DNA of 17,631 nucleotides from Chthonomonadales bacterium (GTDB lineage: Bacteria; Armatimonadota; Chthonomonadetes; Chthonomonadales; Chthonomonadaceae). Under the pieces are notes generated by a model. The model was not told where the DNA came from. It saw only the letters and a program-made list of their open reading frames with translations, and did no database searches. Below, piece by piece: positions 16,684 to 17,631 of the stretch. Each line of letters opens with the position of its first letter. Positions within the stretch are counted from its first letter, which is position 1. The position numbers were made by a program, and so were the translations under genes. The DNA lies in contig JBBQPO010000118.1 of NCBI GenBank assembly GCA_038217285.1, forward strand, positions 1 through 17,631. Reading direction: 5' to 3'.

Positions 16684-17598
16684 ATGATACGCACAATGAA
16701 TCGATTTGCGCAGTACTCTAAACCAATCATAGGATTGATGGCCTTCCTGGGGGTCGCCTGTGTGGCCGGAAGCAACGGCGGCATATTCGCCACCGTCCTC
16801 ACCCCCTCCTCCCCTCACGTGCACCGCGCCGGACGAGGGTATGGCCCCGCGCCGGTGGATCTCGGAACGGCCGGCAACTATGTGATTCTGTCAGAAACAG
16901 GAATCACCAATGTGCCCGGTTCTGCGATTACGGGGAATATGGGAGTAAGTCCCATCGCCGCAACCGCCATCACCGGATTTGGATTGATCTATCCCGCAGG
17001 CAGTCCCTTCTCGCAGTCGGCGCAGGTAGTTGGCAAGGTATATGCCGCTGACTATGGATCTCCGACGCCGGCCAACCTGACCCAGGCGGTAGGCGACATG
17101 ACAACCGCGTACCTCGATGCCTCCGGAAGAAAATCGCCTGACTACACGGAACTGGCAGTGGGAGATATCGGAGGATTGACGCTGAGCCCTGGCCTCTACA
17201 AATGGTCGTCTACGGTTACCATCCCCAAGGACGTCACTCTCAACGGTGGCCCCAACGATGTCTGGATCTTCCAGATCTCGGGAGATGTCACCGAAGCTTC
17301 TGCGGCGCAGGTGATCTTGACCGGTGGCGCACTTGCCAAAAACGTCTTCTGGCAGGTCGCCGGAGTGGTGGCCTTAGGAACGACCGCGCACATGGAAGGT
17401 GTGGTACTCTCTAAAACAGCGATCACTCTGAATACCGGCGCCTCGGCGAATGGCAGATTGATGGCACAGACCAATGTCACTCTGATTATGAACTCACCTT
17501 ACGCAGCCGAGCATTTTACTCTGACTGAGTTTGCCCTTGTTGGCGGTAAAATACCGTCATGGACACACAACTTCTCGATCTCTATACCGACTACCTGA
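16684..17598 (+). CDS. Secreted ice-binding protein (DUF3494/IBP-1 fold); last 34 residues apparently IS-derived
   Basis: APVDLGTAGNYVILSETGI, ITGNMGVSP, GKVYAADY, AVGDMTTAYLDA, IGGLTLSPGLYKW, VWIFQI, LTGGALAKNVFWQV, GRLMAQT; N-terminal signal peptide; start placed at ATG 16684 behind AGGAG (16671-16675). Confidence 0.93.
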   Translation: MIRTMNRFAQYSKPIIGLMAFLGVACVAGSNGGIFATVLTPSSPHVHRAGRGYGPAPVDLGTAGNYVILSETGITNVPGSAITGNMGVSPIAATAITGFGLIYPAGSPFSQSAQVVGKVYAADYGSPTPANLTQAVGDMTTAYLDASGRKSPDYTELAVGDIGGLTLSPGLYKWSSTVTIPKDVTLNGGPNDVWIFQISGDVTEASAAQVILTGGALAKNVFWQVAGVVALGTTAHMEGVVLSKTAITLNTGASANGRLMAQTNVTLIMNSPYAAEHFTLTEFALVGGKIPSWTHNFSISIPTT

Positions 17599-17631
17599 TC
17601 AGTTCTTTCAGTCTGACGACAGCCACCGGAC
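17493..17631 (+). mobile_element. Left end of an IS701-like insertion sequence (continues beyond the window)
   Basis: Abrupt loss of DUF3494 similarity at 17493; CTCACCTTACGCAG resembles recalled IS701-type termini (...TTACGCAG); transposase-like ORF starts 66 nt inside. Confidence 0.7.
17559..17631 (+). CDS. Transposase N-terminus, IS701-like (partial; absent from the ORF track)
   Basis: MDTQLLDLYTDYLISSFSLTTATG..., matching the recalled LDLYTDYLxSSFxxTTATG start of this transposase group; GGTAAAAT ends 6 nt before ATG and there is no SD, suggesting a leaderless mRNA. Confidence 0.75.
   Translation, partial: MDTQLLDLYTDYLISSFSLTTATG

Noticed and set aside
1..17631. tRNA, rRNA, CRISPR array, canonical riboswitch
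   Set aside because: No cloverleaf, rRNA-like tract, regularly spaced repeat array or riboswitch consensus found by eye

Overview
GC-rich bacterial chromosomal window. The left half (1-9672) is housekeeping and metabolic: a DeaD/CsdA-type DEAD-box RNA helicase, a small CxxC/TM protein, a stand-alone trpE, a membrane-anchored ankyrin-repeat protein, an FAH-family enzyme, a minus-strand PhyH-like Fe/2OG oxygenase + Gfo/Idh/MocA oxidoreductase pair, a VOC protein and a Cys-rich pRiA4b-ORF3-like protein. The right half looks accessory. It holds an AT-richer scar (~9700-10400) with probable esterase and tyrosine-recombinase remnants, two Tat-exported Cys-type sulfatases plus a radical-SAM sulfatase maturase, ~1.2 kb of unexplained lower-GC DNA, and a secreted DUF3494 ice-binding protein with a strong promoter and long leader. 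The ice-binding gene's 3' end appears interrupted by an IS701-like element running off the window edge. Most notable: the IS-remodelled ice-binding protein, a halogenase-like HxG motif in the PhyH enzyme, and a structured trpE leader with a 22-codon uORF whose only Trp codon overlaps the trpE start. All family calls are from motif recognition by eye; no database search was run.
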